From contig JAIRPP010000008.1 of the NCBI GenBank assembly GCA_031256955.1, forward strand, positions 161,472 through 225,471: DNA of 64,000 nucleotides, in the 5' to 3' direction. How positions within the stretch are numbered: position 1 is the first letter of the stretch; each line of letters begins with the position of its first letter. Origin of the DNA: Candidatus Methanoplasma sp. GTDB lineage: Archaea; Thermoplasmatota; Thermoplasmata; Methanomassiliicoccales; Methanomethylophilaceae. This document shows positions 20,496 to 32,093 of this stretch, one piece after another. A program made the position numbers and the translations under genes. The notes below the pieces were generated by a model. It ran no database searches and was not told where the DNA came from. It saw nothing but the letters and a program-made list of their open reading frames with translations.

Positions 20496-20855
20496 TCAGA
20501 GCAGGCACCTGCTGCAATCCTGCGCCCTGCACGCCTCGTTGGAGACCTTCCACTTGAGCGCCCAGGCCTTGATCTGCCTGACCGCGTCCACCAGCTCCCG
20601 CCCGGGCTCCGTCAGCCCGTACTCGCTCCTCGCGGGGAAGGACGACGCGTCGACCCTGTGGGCTACGAGCCCCTCCCGCTCCAGGTCCCTCAGCCTCTCG
20701 GACAGCATCTTGGGGGTCACGTCCCCCATGGAATCCTTCAGCTCCGAGAACCTCTTCCACCGATGCTCCCCCTTCCCCAGCTCCAATAGGATCAGCATCG
20801 TCCATTTCTTCGCCAGGTAGTCCATCGTCAGGTACATGGTGCACTCGTGGTTCAT
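20496..20855 (-). CDS. HxlR-family winged-helix transcriptional regulator
   Basis: KKWTMLIL, RFSEL, TPKMLSERLRDLE, EYGLTEPG; divergent from hcp. Confidence 0.92.
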   Translation of the reverse strand: MNHECTMYLTMDYLAKKWTMLILLELGKGEHRWKRFSELKDSMGDVTPKMLSERLRDLEREGLVAHRVDASSFPARSEYGLTEPGRELVDAVRQIKAWALKWKVSNEACRAQDCSRCLL

Positions 20856-20938
20856 GGTATGGTTTCAGAAACTTTTCGTTATATATAATTTGGTATACAT
20901 TTGATATCTAGTATCAAAAATAAACGGAGTGATCGGAT

Positions 20939-22498
20939 TTGAAGTGCAGGCAATGCGAGGAGACGGTTGGGGAGAACGGGTGCGAGAAGCGGGGGGCATG
21001 CGGCAAGGCCCCGGAGACCGCGGATCTGCAGGATCGGCTGATCCATTCGCTGATCGGGCTGGCCGCGGCGGCCATGGAGGCTAGAGAGAGGGGCGGGGAC
21101 GTCGGCGAGGCGGTGGGCCACATCGCGGAATCCCTGTTCGCGACGCTGACGAACGCCAACTTCGACGGCGAGAGGATCGCCGCCCTGATCGAGAGGTCGG
21201 AAGAGCTCATGGGCGCGGCGGGAGGGTGCCGCGCCTGCGGGAGCGGGGGGTTCGGCTTGGACTCGCTGTCCCCGGACGAGGACGTCCGCTCCCTGAAGGA
21301 GATCCTGCTGTACGGCCTGAAGGGGCTGGCCGCGTACTATCACCACGCCCGCGCGCTGGGGCGGCGCGACGAGGAGGTGGAGGGGTTCATGCTCAAGGGG
21401 CTGGCCTTCCTCTCCGAGGACGCGTCCGCGGGGGAGGCGCTGGAGGAGGCCATGGAGTGCGGGAGGGCGGGGATATCCTGCCTGGCCCTCCTGGACACCG
21501 CGAACACCGGGGCCTATGGCTCTCCGGAGGTCACGAGGGTCAGCCTCAGAGCCGGGGACAGGCCGGGGATCCTTGTCACGGGCCACGACCTGAGGGATCT
21601 GGAGGCGCTGCTGGAGCAGACCCGCGGGAGCGGGGTCGACGTGTACACGCACGGGGAGATGCTGCCTGCGAACGCGTATCCGAAGCTCAAGGCGTACGGC
21701 AACCTCGTCGGGAACTATGGCGGCGCCTGGCACATGCAGAGGGAGGAGTTCGAATCGTTCAACGGGCCGATCCTGGCGACCACGAACTGCATAGTCCCCC
21801 CGAGGGAGTCTTATTCGGGCAGGCTGTTCACGACGGGGCCCGCCGGGCTCGGGGGCGCGAGGCACATATCGGAGAGGGGCGGGCGCAAGGACTTCTCCGA
21901 GATCGTGGAGATGGCGAAGGGGTGCCGGCCTCCGGAGCCGATAGACGACATGGAGATAACCATAGGGTTCGCGCACGGGGCCGCCCTGGGCATGGCGGAC
22001 AGGCTGCTGGAGGCCATCGGGTCCGGCGCGATCGGGAGGCTGGTCGTGATGGCGGGGTGCGACGGGCGCAGGGCGGAGAGGTCGTATTACAGCGAGTTCG
22101 CCGAGGCGCTGCCGGATAACGCGGTCATACTGACCGCCGGGTGCGCCAAGTACAGGTACAACAAGCTCGGGCTGGGGGAGGTCTGCGGCGTGCCCAGGGT
22201 CATAGACGCGGGCCAGTGCAACGACTGCTACTCCCTCATAAGGGTGGCCATGGGGCTGGCGGAGGCGGCGGGGGTCGGCATAGGGGACCTGCCCCTGTCG
22301 TTCAACATATCCTGGTACGAGCAGAAGGCGTGCCTCGTGCTGCTGTCCCTGCTGTCTCTCGGAGTGAAGGACATAGCTCTGGGGCCCACCCTGCCGAGGT
22401 TCGTCTCCCCCGGGGTCCTGAAGGTCCTGTCGGAGAGGTTCGGCGTCAGGGGCATATCGGGCGTCGGAGAGGACATGCGCGCCCTGAAGATAGCGTGA
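20939..22498 (+). CDS. hcp: Hybrid cluster protein / hydroxylamine reductase
   Basis: CRQCEET...GC...GACGK, VTGHDL, YTHGEMLP, TTNCI, AGCDG, AGCAKY, DAGQCND, WYEQKA; TTG start. Confidence 0.95.
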   Translation: MKCRQCEETVGENGCEKRGACGKAPETADLQDRLIHSLIGLAAAAMEARERGGDVGEAVGHIAESLFATLTNANFDGERIAALIERSEELMGAAGGCRACGSGGFGLDSLSPDEDVRSLKEILLYGLKGLAAYYHHARALGRRDEEVEGFMLKGLAFLSEDASAGEALEEAMECGRAGISCLALLDTANTGAYGSPEVTRVSLRAGDRPGILVTGHDLRDLEALLEQTRGSGVDVYTHGEMLPANAYPKLKAYGNLVGNYGGAWHMQREEFESFNGPILATTNCIVPPRESYSGRLFTTGPAGLGGARHISERGGRKDFSEIVEMAKGCRPPEPIDDMEITIGFAHGAALGMADRLLEAIGSGAIGRLVVMAGCDGRRAERSYYSEFAEALPDNAVILTAGCAKYRYNKLGLGEVCGVPRVIDAGQCNDCYSLIRVAMGLAEAAGVGIGDLPLSFNISWYEQKACLVLLSLLSLGVKDIALGPTLPRFVSPGVLKVLSERFGVRGISGVGEDMRALKIA

Positions 22499-22510
22499 GG
22501 CGGTGGGGAG

Positions 22511-23008
22511 ATGGGTTTCGCGAGGCGCATCTTCAGCGGGAATGCGGATCCGCGCAGGCTCATGGCGTCGGCGATGGGCTCGATGATCGGCATCGGGCTC
22601 CTCGCGTTCCTGTCCGTGGAGCGGGGGCTGCCCCTGCTGGCCGCGTCCTTCGGCGCCACCGCCGTGCTAGTGTGCTCGGTGCCGGAATCGCCGCTGGCCA
22701 GACCCAAGAACGTCCTCCTGGGACATCTGATATCGGCTATGGCAGGGGTGGCGTGCTCGACCGCCATGGGGAGCGAGTGGTACGCCATGGCGATAGCGGT
22801 TACGCTGTCGATAACGCTCATGAGCGCGACGGGGACGACGCATCCCCCGGGCGGGGCGACGGCGCTGATATGCGTGCTGTACTCCGTCGACGCGAGCTTC
22901 GTGCTCGCGCCGGTGCTGGCGGGGGCCGCGATCCTGACCGCCGTGGCGTGGATGGTCGGCAAGGCGGATTCCGCCGCCCGCGCCAGAGCCGCCCGCGGCG
23001 GGAGATGA
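22511..23008 (+). CDS. HPP family membrane protein
   Basis: ASFGATAVL, PESPLARP, THPPGGATAL. Confidence 0.92.
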   Translation: MGFARRIFSGNADPRRLMASAMGSMIGIGLLAFLSVERGLPLLAASFGATAVLVCSVPESPLARPKNVLLGHLISAMAGVACSTAMGSEWYAMAIAVTLSITLMSATGTTHPPGGATALICVLYSVDASFVLAPVLAGAAILTAVAWMVGKADSAARARAARGGR

Positions 23009-23168
23009 GGAACGGGGGCGAGATCGAGGCGGAGACGATGCGAAACAGAAGATATAGAAATAAAAGTTGGAAATGGCGTTCGATGCTACGTTTAGTGTAT
23101 GGTAAGCTGCCAAGGAATTGCGGGAAATCCACTAAAGGACTTCCTTGCAAAAAGTTACGCTTGTTTTG

Positions 23169-23192
23169 AGGGCGGGGCCGAAGCCCCGCCCT
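23169..23192 (-). other. Stable hairpin immediately 3' of the 16S rRNA
   Basis: 10-bp stem with a UUCG tetraloop on the minus strand. Confidence 0.7.
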
Positions 23193-23196
23193 GCGT

Positions 23197-24666
<1,470 letters not shown>

Positions 24667-24892
24667 CAAATCCTTGACTTTATCACGTCTTTGGATGTCT
24701 TAAGAAACTGGCAGTTTACCATATTTCACCGCTGCTCCGTCGGACGGCTCACTCAATCGAATGTCCGTCTAACGGAACATTCGTAGCATCGAACGTCAGA
24801 ATTCAAGAGGGCACGCCGTTTCCGGCGGAGATCTCGATTCTCCATATTTCCAAGCCCGCCTCGCGGACCCGGTATTCCCTGTATTTCGGGGG

Positions 24893-24910
24893 AATATTTA
24901 AGCCTTTTCA
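24893..24910 (-). promoter_or_regulatory. Putative BRE/TATA promoter of the 16S gene
   Basis: Minus strand GAAAAGGCTTAAATATT about 230 nt upstream of the mature 16S. Confidence 0.55.
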
Positions 24911-25234
24911 CCCGGGATTTTTCTTCCAAGGCGACGGGGCCAGTGTCAAACCCACCCTGTTGCCAGGATGCTGTGGTTGAGCCTCGCATCCCCCTTGATG
25001 TGGGAGTGGTATATAATCGTTGCGCACATCGAATCGGAGCGATCGTCTCGGAGCGCTCATTTTAACCCGATTCCGCCCCCGCGGACGCGTTTCGCCCATT
25101 GAAATGCGCGGTCCGGCGGGGCTCCCCCGCCTTCGGAGCGCGAGGCTCCGAGCGGAGCCGCGGAGCCGCGGCGCGGATCGAAGAAGGGGTTATATCCCCT
25201 CGCGCCATATGCCTGGCGGAAAGGAGAGGGATGC

Positions 25235-26875
25235 ATGATAAGGGATCTAGAGGTCGTTCTCAGCGAGGGCGAAAGCCATACCGCGGAGTTCAAGAGGTCG
25301 CCGGACAAGTCGCTCGCATCGGAGGCGTGCGCCTTCGCCAACGCGTCGGGCGGCAGGATATTCATAGGAGTCGGCGACGGGGGCGAGATCGTCGGGACGG
25401 ACACGGGGAACGCCGCCCGCTCCAAGATACAGGACACGGTCAACAAGATCGATCCCCCTCTGGACATAAGGATGGACGTGTGCGGGAATATGATCGTGTT
25501 GACGGTGCCCGAGGGCAGGGACAAGCCGTACTGCTGCCCGAGCGGGTTCTACATGCGCTTCGGCCCCAACTCGCAGAAGCTCGACAGGAACGCGATCTTC
25601 AGCTTCCTCAACGACGAGGGGCTCACCCACTACGACGACATAGTCCGCAGGGACCTGCCCGTTTCAGATAGGTTCGACGAGGCCGCATATAAGAGATATC
25701 TGAAGCTGGCAGACATAGACGAGAGCCTCGGGAGGGAGCCCATACTGGTGAATCTCGGCGCAGCGGAGCGCGCGGGGGGCGAACTGTTCTTTACTAACGC
25801 GGGCGCGCTGTTCTTCAGGAAGAACGGCGAAGACATGGCGCTCCGCCATGCGAACGTGGTCTGCGCGCTGTACAAGGGGACGGACAAGGTGCACATATTG
25901 GACGCGAAGGTCCTGGACGGCGACGTCGTCAGCAACATCGATGACGCGGTGATCTTCCTGAAGAAGCATCTGCGCCTGAGGTTCGTGATAAAGACGCTGA
26001 GGCGCGAGGAGATCCTGGAGCTCCCGGAGGACGCGCTCAGGGAGGCGGTCGTGAACGCCGCATGCCACAGGGACTACTTCGAGAGGGGCGCGAACGTCAT
26101 GGTGGAGGTGTTCGACGACCGCGTGGAGATAACGAACCCGGGAGGGGCGTGCAAGGGGATCACCGCGGAAAACTTCGGATCGATCAGCATCGCCCGGAAC
26201 CCGGTCGTGGCGGCGATGCTGCACCGCATAAGCTACATAGAGAAGATGGGGACGGGGATCAGGCGCATCAGAGACACCGCGAGGGCCGCGGGAGTGGCGG
26301 AACCGGAATTCGAGCTCACGGGATTCTTCAAGACGACATTCCGCAGGACCGGGGCCGATGGCGAGCCGATAGGTCGCCAATCGGCGGCCAATAGGTCTCC
26401 GATCTCTATGGGGGAGAGGAAACTGAAGGTGCTGTCGCATCTGGAAAAGCAAGTCAGGGCCACATCCACTGAATTCGCATCTCTCCTCGGCATCAGCGAC
26501 GGGCGCGTCAGGTCGCTCCTCAGGGACATGGCCTCCGAGGGGTCCATAGAGAAGGTGGGCGGGGGGCGCTACGCGCACTACGTGCTCGCCGTGAGGGGGC
26601 AATCGGTCGCCAATCGGTCGCCAATCGGTCGCCAATCGGCCGCCAATCGGCCGTCCGCCGGCGACGGGGCGGGGGCCCCCCCGGCGGACAGGAGGGCGGC
26701 GGTCGAAGCCTTCCTGTCGGACCGCGGGAAGGCTACCGCGGCCGAGCTGCGCCCGATCCTGGGCCTCAGCGATGGGCGCGTCAGGTCGCTCCTCAGGGAC
26801 ATGGCCTCCGAGGGGTCCATAGAGAAGGTGGGCGGGGGGCGCTACGCGCACTACGTGTTGAGAGAAAAGCGTTGA
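25235..26875 (+). CDS. AlbA_2 (Schlafen-like) + HATPase_c_4 protein with two C-terminal winged-helix domains
   Basis: GESHTAEFK, AFANASGGRIFIGVGD, ALREAVVNAACHRDY, RVEITNPG, IEKMGTGI; duplicated HTH. Confidence 0.88.
   Translation: MIRDLEVVLSEGESHTAEFKRSPDKSLASEACAFANASGGRIFIGVGDGGEIVGTDTGNAARSKIQDTVNKIDPPLDIRMDVCGNMIVLTVPEGRDKPYCCPSGFYMRFGPNSQKLDRNAIFSFLNDEGLTHYDDIVRRDLPVSDRFDEAAYKRYLKLADIDESLGREPILVNLGAAERAGGELFFTNAGALFFRKNGEDMALRHANVVCALYKGTDKVHILDAKVLDGDVVSNIDDAVIFLKKHLRLRFVIKTLRREEILELPEDALREAVVNAACHRDYFERGANVMVEVFDDRVEITNPGGACKGITAENFGSISIARNPVVAAMLHRISYIEKMGTGIRRIRDTARAAGVAEPEFELTGFFKTTFRRTGADGEPIGRQSAANRSPISMGERKLKVLSHLEKQVRATSTEFASLLGISDGRVRSLLRDMASEGSIEKVGGGRYAHYVLAVRGQSVANRSPIGRQSAANRPSAGDGAGAPPADRRAAVEAFLSDRGKATAAELRPILGLSDGRVRSLLRDMASEGSIEKVGGGRYAHYVLREKR
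26493..26857 (+). repeat. 92-bp direct repeat (26493-26584 and 26766-26857) encoding the duplicated wHTH
   Basis: Compared by eye: one mismatch. Confidence 0.9.
26600..26653 (+). repeat. 11-bp tandem repeat CAATCGGTCGC x5 inside the CDS (degenerate x3 at 26367-26399)
   Basis: Units start at 26600, 26611, 26622, 26633 and 26644. Confidence 0.92.
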
Positions 26876-26896
26876 CTCGGCGAATATGCGCGCCGA

Positions 26897-27637
26897 TCAC
26901 GCCTTCCGCCCGCGCTTGACAGGGGGAGCGGGCTTCGAGGTTATCCAGAGGACGTTCTCGCCCTCCTTCTCCACCTTGAACCCCAGCTCCTCCACGAAGC
27001 CCGACAGCTTCTTCGCGCCCCATTTGGTCCAGTCCACGGGCGGGACCGTGCGGATGAAGATCGTGCCCACGTCGCTGAGGAGGACGCGGTCTCCCTCGGA
27101 GGACTCTATGAGCTCCTCGATCCTGCGCCGGATGTCCTCCTTCTCGGGGTTCTCTGCGGGCTTCTCCGCCGCGGCCCTGGCCCCCGGCGCGGCGGCGGGG
27201 GACCTGTCCTTCAGCTCTATGAACTCGGTGCACGCGGCTCTCATGGACTTGGGGGTCTTCTCCTCGCCCACCCCTATGACGAACATGCCCTTCTCCCTCA
27301 GGTTGGACGCGAGCTTGGTGAAGTCGGAGTCGCTGGACACGATGGCGAACCCGTTCACCCTCTGAGAGTAGTATATGTCCATGGCGTCTATGATCATGGC
27401 GGAGTCGGTGGAGTTCTTGCCGGAGACGTTGCTGAACTGCTGCATCGGCGTGAGGGAGTACTCCTGGAGAGCCTCCTTCCAGGGCCTCATGTCAGGGGAG
27501 GTCCAGTTGCCGTACGCCCTGCGGTAGGTGGCGGTCCCGTGGTTCGATATCTTCTCGAATATGGATTTGACGTGCCTGCTGGAGATGTTCTCGGCGTCCA
27601 CCAGCACCGCGATCCTGACGTCTGAGTTCGGGTCCAT
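26897..27637 (-). CDS. NYN-domain protein (LabA/DUF88 family) with OST-HTH-like C-terminus
   Basis: AVLVDAEN, RRAYGNW, GKNSTDSAMIIDAMD, VSSDSDFT. Confidence 0.9.
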   Translation of the reverse strand: MDPNSDVRIAVLVDAENISSRHVKSIFEKISNHGTATYRRAYGNWTSPDMRPWKEALQEYSLTPMQQFSNVSGKNSTDSAMIIDAMDIYYSQRVNGFAIVSSDSDFTKLASNLREKGMFVIGVGEEKTPKSMRAACTEFIELKDRSPAAAPGARAAAEKPAENPEKEDIRRRIEELIESSEGDRVLLSDVGTIFIRTVPPVDWTKWGAKKLSGFVEELGFKVEKEGENVLWITSKPAPPVKRGRKA

Positions 27638-27771
27638 TGTACCGCCGCCGGCTAGCGCATGGCCCGGATTTAACGATATTGGGGCGGGTGCGCCTCTGCG
27701 CGGTCCGCCCGTCGCCGCCCCTCCCGGCGGAGCCTTTCCGACGGGTCCGCCCTAGCTTCGGTCTTTTTAGA

Positions 27772-27843
27772 AAAAGTAGTTTGAAATCTACTTTTCATTT
27801 ATTAAAAGTAGTATTGCATCTACTTTTAGCTCTAAAAAAGTAG
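27772..27843. promoter_or_regulatory. Phased palindromic repeat array upstream of AAA paralog 2
   Basis: AAAAGTAG-N8-CTACTTTT at 27772 and 27804, half-site AAAAGTAG at 27836 running into the TATA-like TTATATTTAAA; 32-bp period. Confidence 0.85.
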
Positions 27844-27859
27844 TTATATTTAAAAATAG

Positions 27860-29227
27860 ATGGTTTTCGCGATGAAAAGGAAGATGACGGACGTCTTGAA
27901 CGGGTGGAGGAGCGATCCGAACAGGGTGTGCCTGCTCGTGGAGGGCGCGAGGCAGGTGGGGAAGACGTACACCATCGATGAGTTCGCTCGCTCCGGCTAC
28001 AGGCACTATGCGCATCTGGACTTCGTCGCGAACCCGGAATACGCGTCCATCTTCAAGGGAAGCCTCGAGGCGAGGGACCTGCTGAACAAGATAAGCGGGT
28101 ACTTCCCGTCGTTCAGGGCGGAGAAGGGGGAGTCCATCCTCTTCCTGGACGAGATACAGGCCTGCCCCGAGGCGAGGACCGCGCTGAAGCCCCTGGCCGT
28201 CGACGGGACCGTCGACGTGGTGGCGTCGGGATCGCTCCTCGGGCTCAGCTACGGCGGCCGCCTGACGCTCCCCGTGGGGTACGAGCGCAGGGTCGGCATG
28301 AGGTCCATGGACTTCGAGGAGTTCCTCTGGGCGCTGGGGGTGCCCGACGGGTACATAGAGGGAGTGAGGGGGTGCGTGAGGGAGAGGAGGCCGCTGGAGG
28401 AGTCGGTCCTGAGCAGGATGGAGCACTTCTTCACCCAGTACGTGCTGACGGGCGGCATGCCGAGGGCCGTGGCCGCCCTGGCCTCCACCAACAACCTGGG
28501 GGCCGTGAGGGAGGCGCAGACGGACGTGATCAGCGGATACAGGGGGGACGTGACGCTGCATGCGCCGGACCATATGAAGACGAAGGTCGCCAAGTGCTTC
28601 GATTCCATCCCCGCCCAGCTGGGCAGGAGGAGCAAGAAGTTCAGGTTCTCGGACGTGGAGGGGAAGAAGAACGTCGGGATCAGGGAGTACGAAGATGCCC
28701 TGGAATGGCTCTACGATGCGGGCATAGCGGAGTTCTGTCGCTGTCTGACGCAGCCTGTGCGCCCGCTTGAGCACAACGTATCTGACGGCGCGTTCAAGGT
28801 GTACATGAAGGACACGGGCCTCCTGATGTGCATGATGGGGCAGGGGACGGCCATAGGCGTGCTCAACGGGGACAGATCCGTCAGCGAGGGGGCGATAGCG
28901 GAGAACGCGGTGGGGGAGATGCTGTCCAAGAACGGGGCGCCCCTGCTGTACTATGAGAGGAAAGGGAAGATGGAGACAGACTTCGTCCTGGACCTCGGGG
29001 GGGAGATCGCGGTCGCAGAGGTCAAGTCCGGATCCGACAGGAGGTCGAGGTCCATGGAGGCCCTGATGGATTCGGGGTGGAGGATCGACAGGAGGATCGC
29101 GTTCGAGAAGTCCAACATCTCGGTCGACGGCGACGGGGTCGAGCATTACCCCATGTTCTGCGCCGCGTTCCTGGACTCGATGTTCGAGGCCCCCGACCTG
29201 TCGATGTCGCCCCGCGGGGAGAGATGA
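27860..29227 (+). CDS. AAA_14 ATPase + DUF4143 protein (paralog 2)
   Basis: GARQVGKT, FLDEIQ, ASGSLLG, SMDFEEFLWA, GGMP, DTGLL, ETDFV...EVKSG. Start may be 27872. Confidence 0.93.
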   Translation: MVFAMKRKMTDVLNGWRSDPNRVCLLVEGARQVGKTYTIDEFARSGYRHYAHLDFVANPEYASIFKGSLEARDLLNKISGYFPSFRAEKGESILFLDEIQACPEARTALKPLAVDGTVDVVASGSLLGLSYGGRLTLPVGYERRVGMRSMDFEEFLWALGVPDGYIEGVRGCVRERRPLEESVLSRMEHFFTQYVLTGGMPRAVAALASTNNLGAVREAQTDVISGYRGDVTLHAPDHMKTKVAKCFDSIPAQLGRRSKKFRFSDVEGKKNVGIREYEDALEWLYDAGIAEFCRCLTQPVRPLEHNVSDGAFKVYMKDTGLLMCMMGQGTAIGVLNGDRSVSEGAIAENAVGEMLSKNGAPLLYYERKGKMETDFVLDLGGEIAVAEVKSGSDRRSRSMEALMDSGWRIDRRIAFEKSNISVDGDGVEHYPMFCAAFLDSMFEAPDLSMSPRGER

Positions 29228-29371
29228 CGGCGAGCGGCTGCCAAGATCCGTCGCATCGCTTAAAGAACGTTGACGCTGTTGGATGCCTCGAAGCGGATGC
29301 CCGCGGCGATCGATGGGGGATGCGCGCCTGCCGCCCTGCAAGGGGGTCTGGGAGACTATGGAGGGAAAGAT

Positions 29372-29791
29372 ATGACGCATGAAATGGAGAGAACGGCGAG
29401 GGTGTGGCGCAGGCTGTCCTCGGACAGGTCCGGAGGGGCTGGCGTGGCGGTGGCCGTGGTGATCCTGGTGGTCATCATCGCGGCGGCGGGGTGGTTCTTC
29501 GTGCTCAACGGGAACCATGCGACCGTGGACATAAAGGTCCAGTCCACCCACATAGTGGCGGACACGGACGTCACGGTCTACGTCGACGGCGACAGGATAG
29601 GGACCTGGCGCGTGGACAAACTGGGCGGGGTGCGGATAACCTACGACTATTCGTGGTCCGTCCTGGACGGGGATTCGAAGATCATAGAGGTAAAGGCTGT
29701 CTCCACGGGAGGGTATCTGGGGGCTCAAGGGAGTTCTGTGACCGTGACCGTCCATAAGGGCGGGACGGCTAGCGCGACGCTGCTCGTTTGA
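29372..29791 (+). CDS. Small membrane-anchored beta-rich protein with pilin-like signal (copy 1)
   Basis: SDRSGGAG + TM helix; STHIVADTDVTVYVDG; paralog of 30226; GGAGG SD. Confidence 0.8.
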   Translation: MTHEMERTARVWRRLSSDRSGGAGVAVAVVILVVIIAAAGWFFVLNGNHATVDIKVQSTHIVADTDVTVYVDGDRIGTWRVDKLGGVRITYDYSWSVLDGDSKIIEVKAVSTGGYLGAQGSSVTVTVHKGGTASATLLV

Positions 29792-29797
29792 CCAAAA

Positions 29798-29829
29798 GGC
29801 GGGGAAAGATCCCCGCCATATTTGTTTTT
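29798..29829 (+). terminator. Hairpin plus T-tract terminator
   Basis: GGCGGGGA-AAGA-TCCCCGCC followed by ATATTTGTTTTT. Confidence 0.7.
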
Positions 29830-29852
29830 ATTATCTGGCACTCTTGATTTTT

Positions 29853-29972
29853 ACTACTAAAGAACGGGACTTTTTAGAATAATATACTACTAAAGCGCAC
29901 GACTTTTTCAATAAATCAACTACTAAATGACGTGACTTTTTTATGAAATACGCTACTGAAGCGCACGACTTT
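29853..29972. repeat. 33-bp-period repeat array x4 (orphan copy)
   Basis: ACTACTAAAG-nnCnn-GACTTTTT at 29853, 29886, 29919 and 29952. Confidence 0.93.
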
Positions 29973-30225
29973 CGATAGATGGCGAAGCGCCGATCGAATG
30001 CGCGGGGCACATGGAGTCGGTTGAGAGGGCGGCCGTGCGCAGACCGCGCGGACGCATCGCATAGCGGGTTTCGACGGTGCGCGCGGTTTTCAATCGGGAC
30101 CCTGCCCAGAGGCGGACATCCGCCCGGAGAATCAGGATTAAATGCGCATCTGGCAATGCGGATATCATGAGAGATTTGAGAGGCGAGAATCGGGCTAGAT
30201 CCCATGGGGCGGAGGCTGATCCGCC

Positions 30226-30630
30226 ATGACGCGCGGCTGGCTGTCTACAGACAGGTCCGGCGGAGCGGGGGCGGCCGCGTGCATAGCGATCGTCATCGTC
30301 CTGATCGTGGTCCTCGGCGCGGTGAAGCTGGACCTCGCGTCTAAGAAGCTGGACAGGGTCCAGGAGGTCCATGGGACGCTGGAGATAAACGTGAGGTCCA
30401 CGCACATCCTGGCGGACACGGAGGTGACGATCTACGTCGACGGGGAGAAGATAGGGAAATGGCGCCTGGAGAACCTGGCCAAGATACAGAAGAGGCACGA
30501 TTGCTCCTGGATCAAGGCCCTGGGGGACTCCAGGACCGTGACGGTGAAGGCCGTGTCCACGGGAGGGCATCTGGGCCCCGTCACGGCCGCGAAGACGGTG
30601 AAGGTTCAGGGGACGGCACCACCGGCGTGA
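30226..30630 (+). CDS. Small membrane-anchored beta-rich protein with pilin-like signal (copy 2); probable frameshift near the C-terminus
   Basis: TDRSGGAG + TM; STHILADTEVTIYVDG; VKAVSTGG shared with copy 1; homologous tail continues in another frame to 30644. Confidence 0.8.
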   Translation: MTRGWLSTDRSGGAGAAACIAIVIVLIVVLGAVKLDLASKKLDRVQEVHGTLEINVRSTHILADTEVTIYVDGEKIGKWRLENLAKIQKRHDCSWIKALGDSRTVTVKAVSTGGHLGPVTAAKTVKVQGTAPPA

Positions 30631-30683
30631 CGCTGTACGTCTGACGCGTGTCGCCGCGCCGCGGGGCGGGACGGGAGAGCGCC

Positions 30684-32063
30684 TCAGCCCGCCCCGGGAT
30701 CGCCGTCGCTCGGGAACGGCAGCCTGCGGACCTCCGACGCCTCCCTGAACGGGGAGCGGTCGGGGAAGATGAACGATGCCGCGAACAGGGGGTAGTGCTC
30801 CACCCCCTTGTCGTCCACGTAGACGTTCGTCCTCTCCAGCTTTATCCCCCTGGGCACCCCGTATCTCTCGGACATTACCGACGCGAGCGACTTGGACTGC
30901 CTGTTGTTGCCCGACTTCACCTCTATGGCGGCGACCTGCCCGCCTATGTTCGCGACGAAGTCCACTTCCAAACGCCCCTTCTTCTCGAAATACATCAGCG
31001 GGATCCCCTTGCTCCCGATCTCGCCCGCGACGAGGTTCTCCGCCACCCTGCCGCCGTTGACCAGCGCGTTCCCCTTGAGGAGCTCCGGGATCGAGTCCTC
31101 CTCCATCATGGACACCAGCAGGCCGGTGTCCCTCAAGTACAGCTTGAACGCGTCGTATCTTGCGTTGAACTCCAGCGGGAGGGAGGGCTCCGTGACGTTG
31201 CGGCAGCGGTGCGCCATCCCCGCGTCCACTATCCAGTCTATCCCGCGCTCGTATGTCCTCGCGCCCGCGTTCTTTCGGGATTCCACGTCCGAGTACCTGA
31301 ACCTCGCGCCCATCTGCTCGGGGATGGACCTGAGGCACGCCTGCGCCCTGCTCTTGTCCGGGGCCTCCGCGTACTTGGCTATGTCCGCGAGGTATCCGGC
31401 CATGATCCTCCTCTGTATCCTGAGCACGTTCCCGAAGTTGTTGGACGCGACGAACTCGGCCACAGCCTCCGGCATCCCCCCGACGATAGAATGCCACGAA
31501 TGGTATCCCTCGAACGCGCTCAGGACGTGCGGGTCGAGGGGCTCCCTCGCGTTCAGGTCGCGGGAGATGCGGGAGATCGCGGCGTCGCCCGCGCCCAGGG
31601 CCCATAGGAACTCCTCGAAGTCCAGAGGGTACATGTCCAGGTACTCCTCGTGGCCGACGGGGTACGACGACACCTCCCTGAAGTTTACGCCCAGGAGGGA
31701 TCCGGTGGCGATCACGTCGAACCTGCCGTCTTCGGAGAAGGACTTCAGAGAAGTCCTGGCCCCGGGGCAGCTCTGTATCTCGTCCAGGACGATGACGGTG
31801 CTCCCGGGCTCCAGCCTCTTGCCGATGAAGCGGGAGCTTATCTCCCTGATCAGAGTGTCCACGTCGAGGTCGCCCCTGAAGATCTCCCTATGGGATACGT
31901 CGCGCTCGAAGTTGATGTAGACGTAGTTCTCGTAGTTGGCCCTGGCGAAGCGATCGATGCTGAAGGTCTTCCCCACCTGCCTGGCGCCCCTGACTAGGAG
32001 CGGATGCCTCCTGGGGTTCCGCTTCCATCTCAGCAGGTCCGCCTCCACCTTTCTCCTCAGCAT
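30684..32063 (-). CDS. AAA_14 ATPase + DUF4143 protein (paralog 3)
   Basis: GARQVGKT, LDEIQ, TGSLLG, PLDFEEFLWA, GGMP, DTGLL, EVDFV...EVKSG. Confidence 0.93.
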   Translation of the reverse strand: MLRRKVEADLLRWKRNPRRHPLLVRGARQVGKTFSIDRFARANYENYVYINFERDVSHREIFRGDLDVDTLIREISSRFIGKRLEPGSTVIVLDEIQSCPGARTSLKSFSEDGRFDVIATGSLLGVNFREVSSYPVGHEEYLDMYPLDFEEFLWALGAGDAAISRISRDLNAREPLDPHVLSAFEGYHSWHSIVGGMPEAVAEFVASNNFGNVLRIQRRIMAGYLADIAKYAEAPDKSRAQACLRSIPEQMGARFRYSDVESRKNAGARTYERGIDWIVDAGMAHRCRNVTEPSLPLEFNARYDAFKLYLRDTGLLVSMMEEDSIPELLKGNALVNGGRVAENLVAGEIGSKGIPLMYFEKKGRLEVDFVANIGGQVAAIEVKSGNNRQSKSLASVMSERYGVPRGIKLERTNVYVDDKGVEHYPLFAASFIFPDRSPFREASEVRRLPFPSDGDPGAG

Positions 32064-32093
32064 GGGAGATATATCGCCAGGCTATTATTTATT

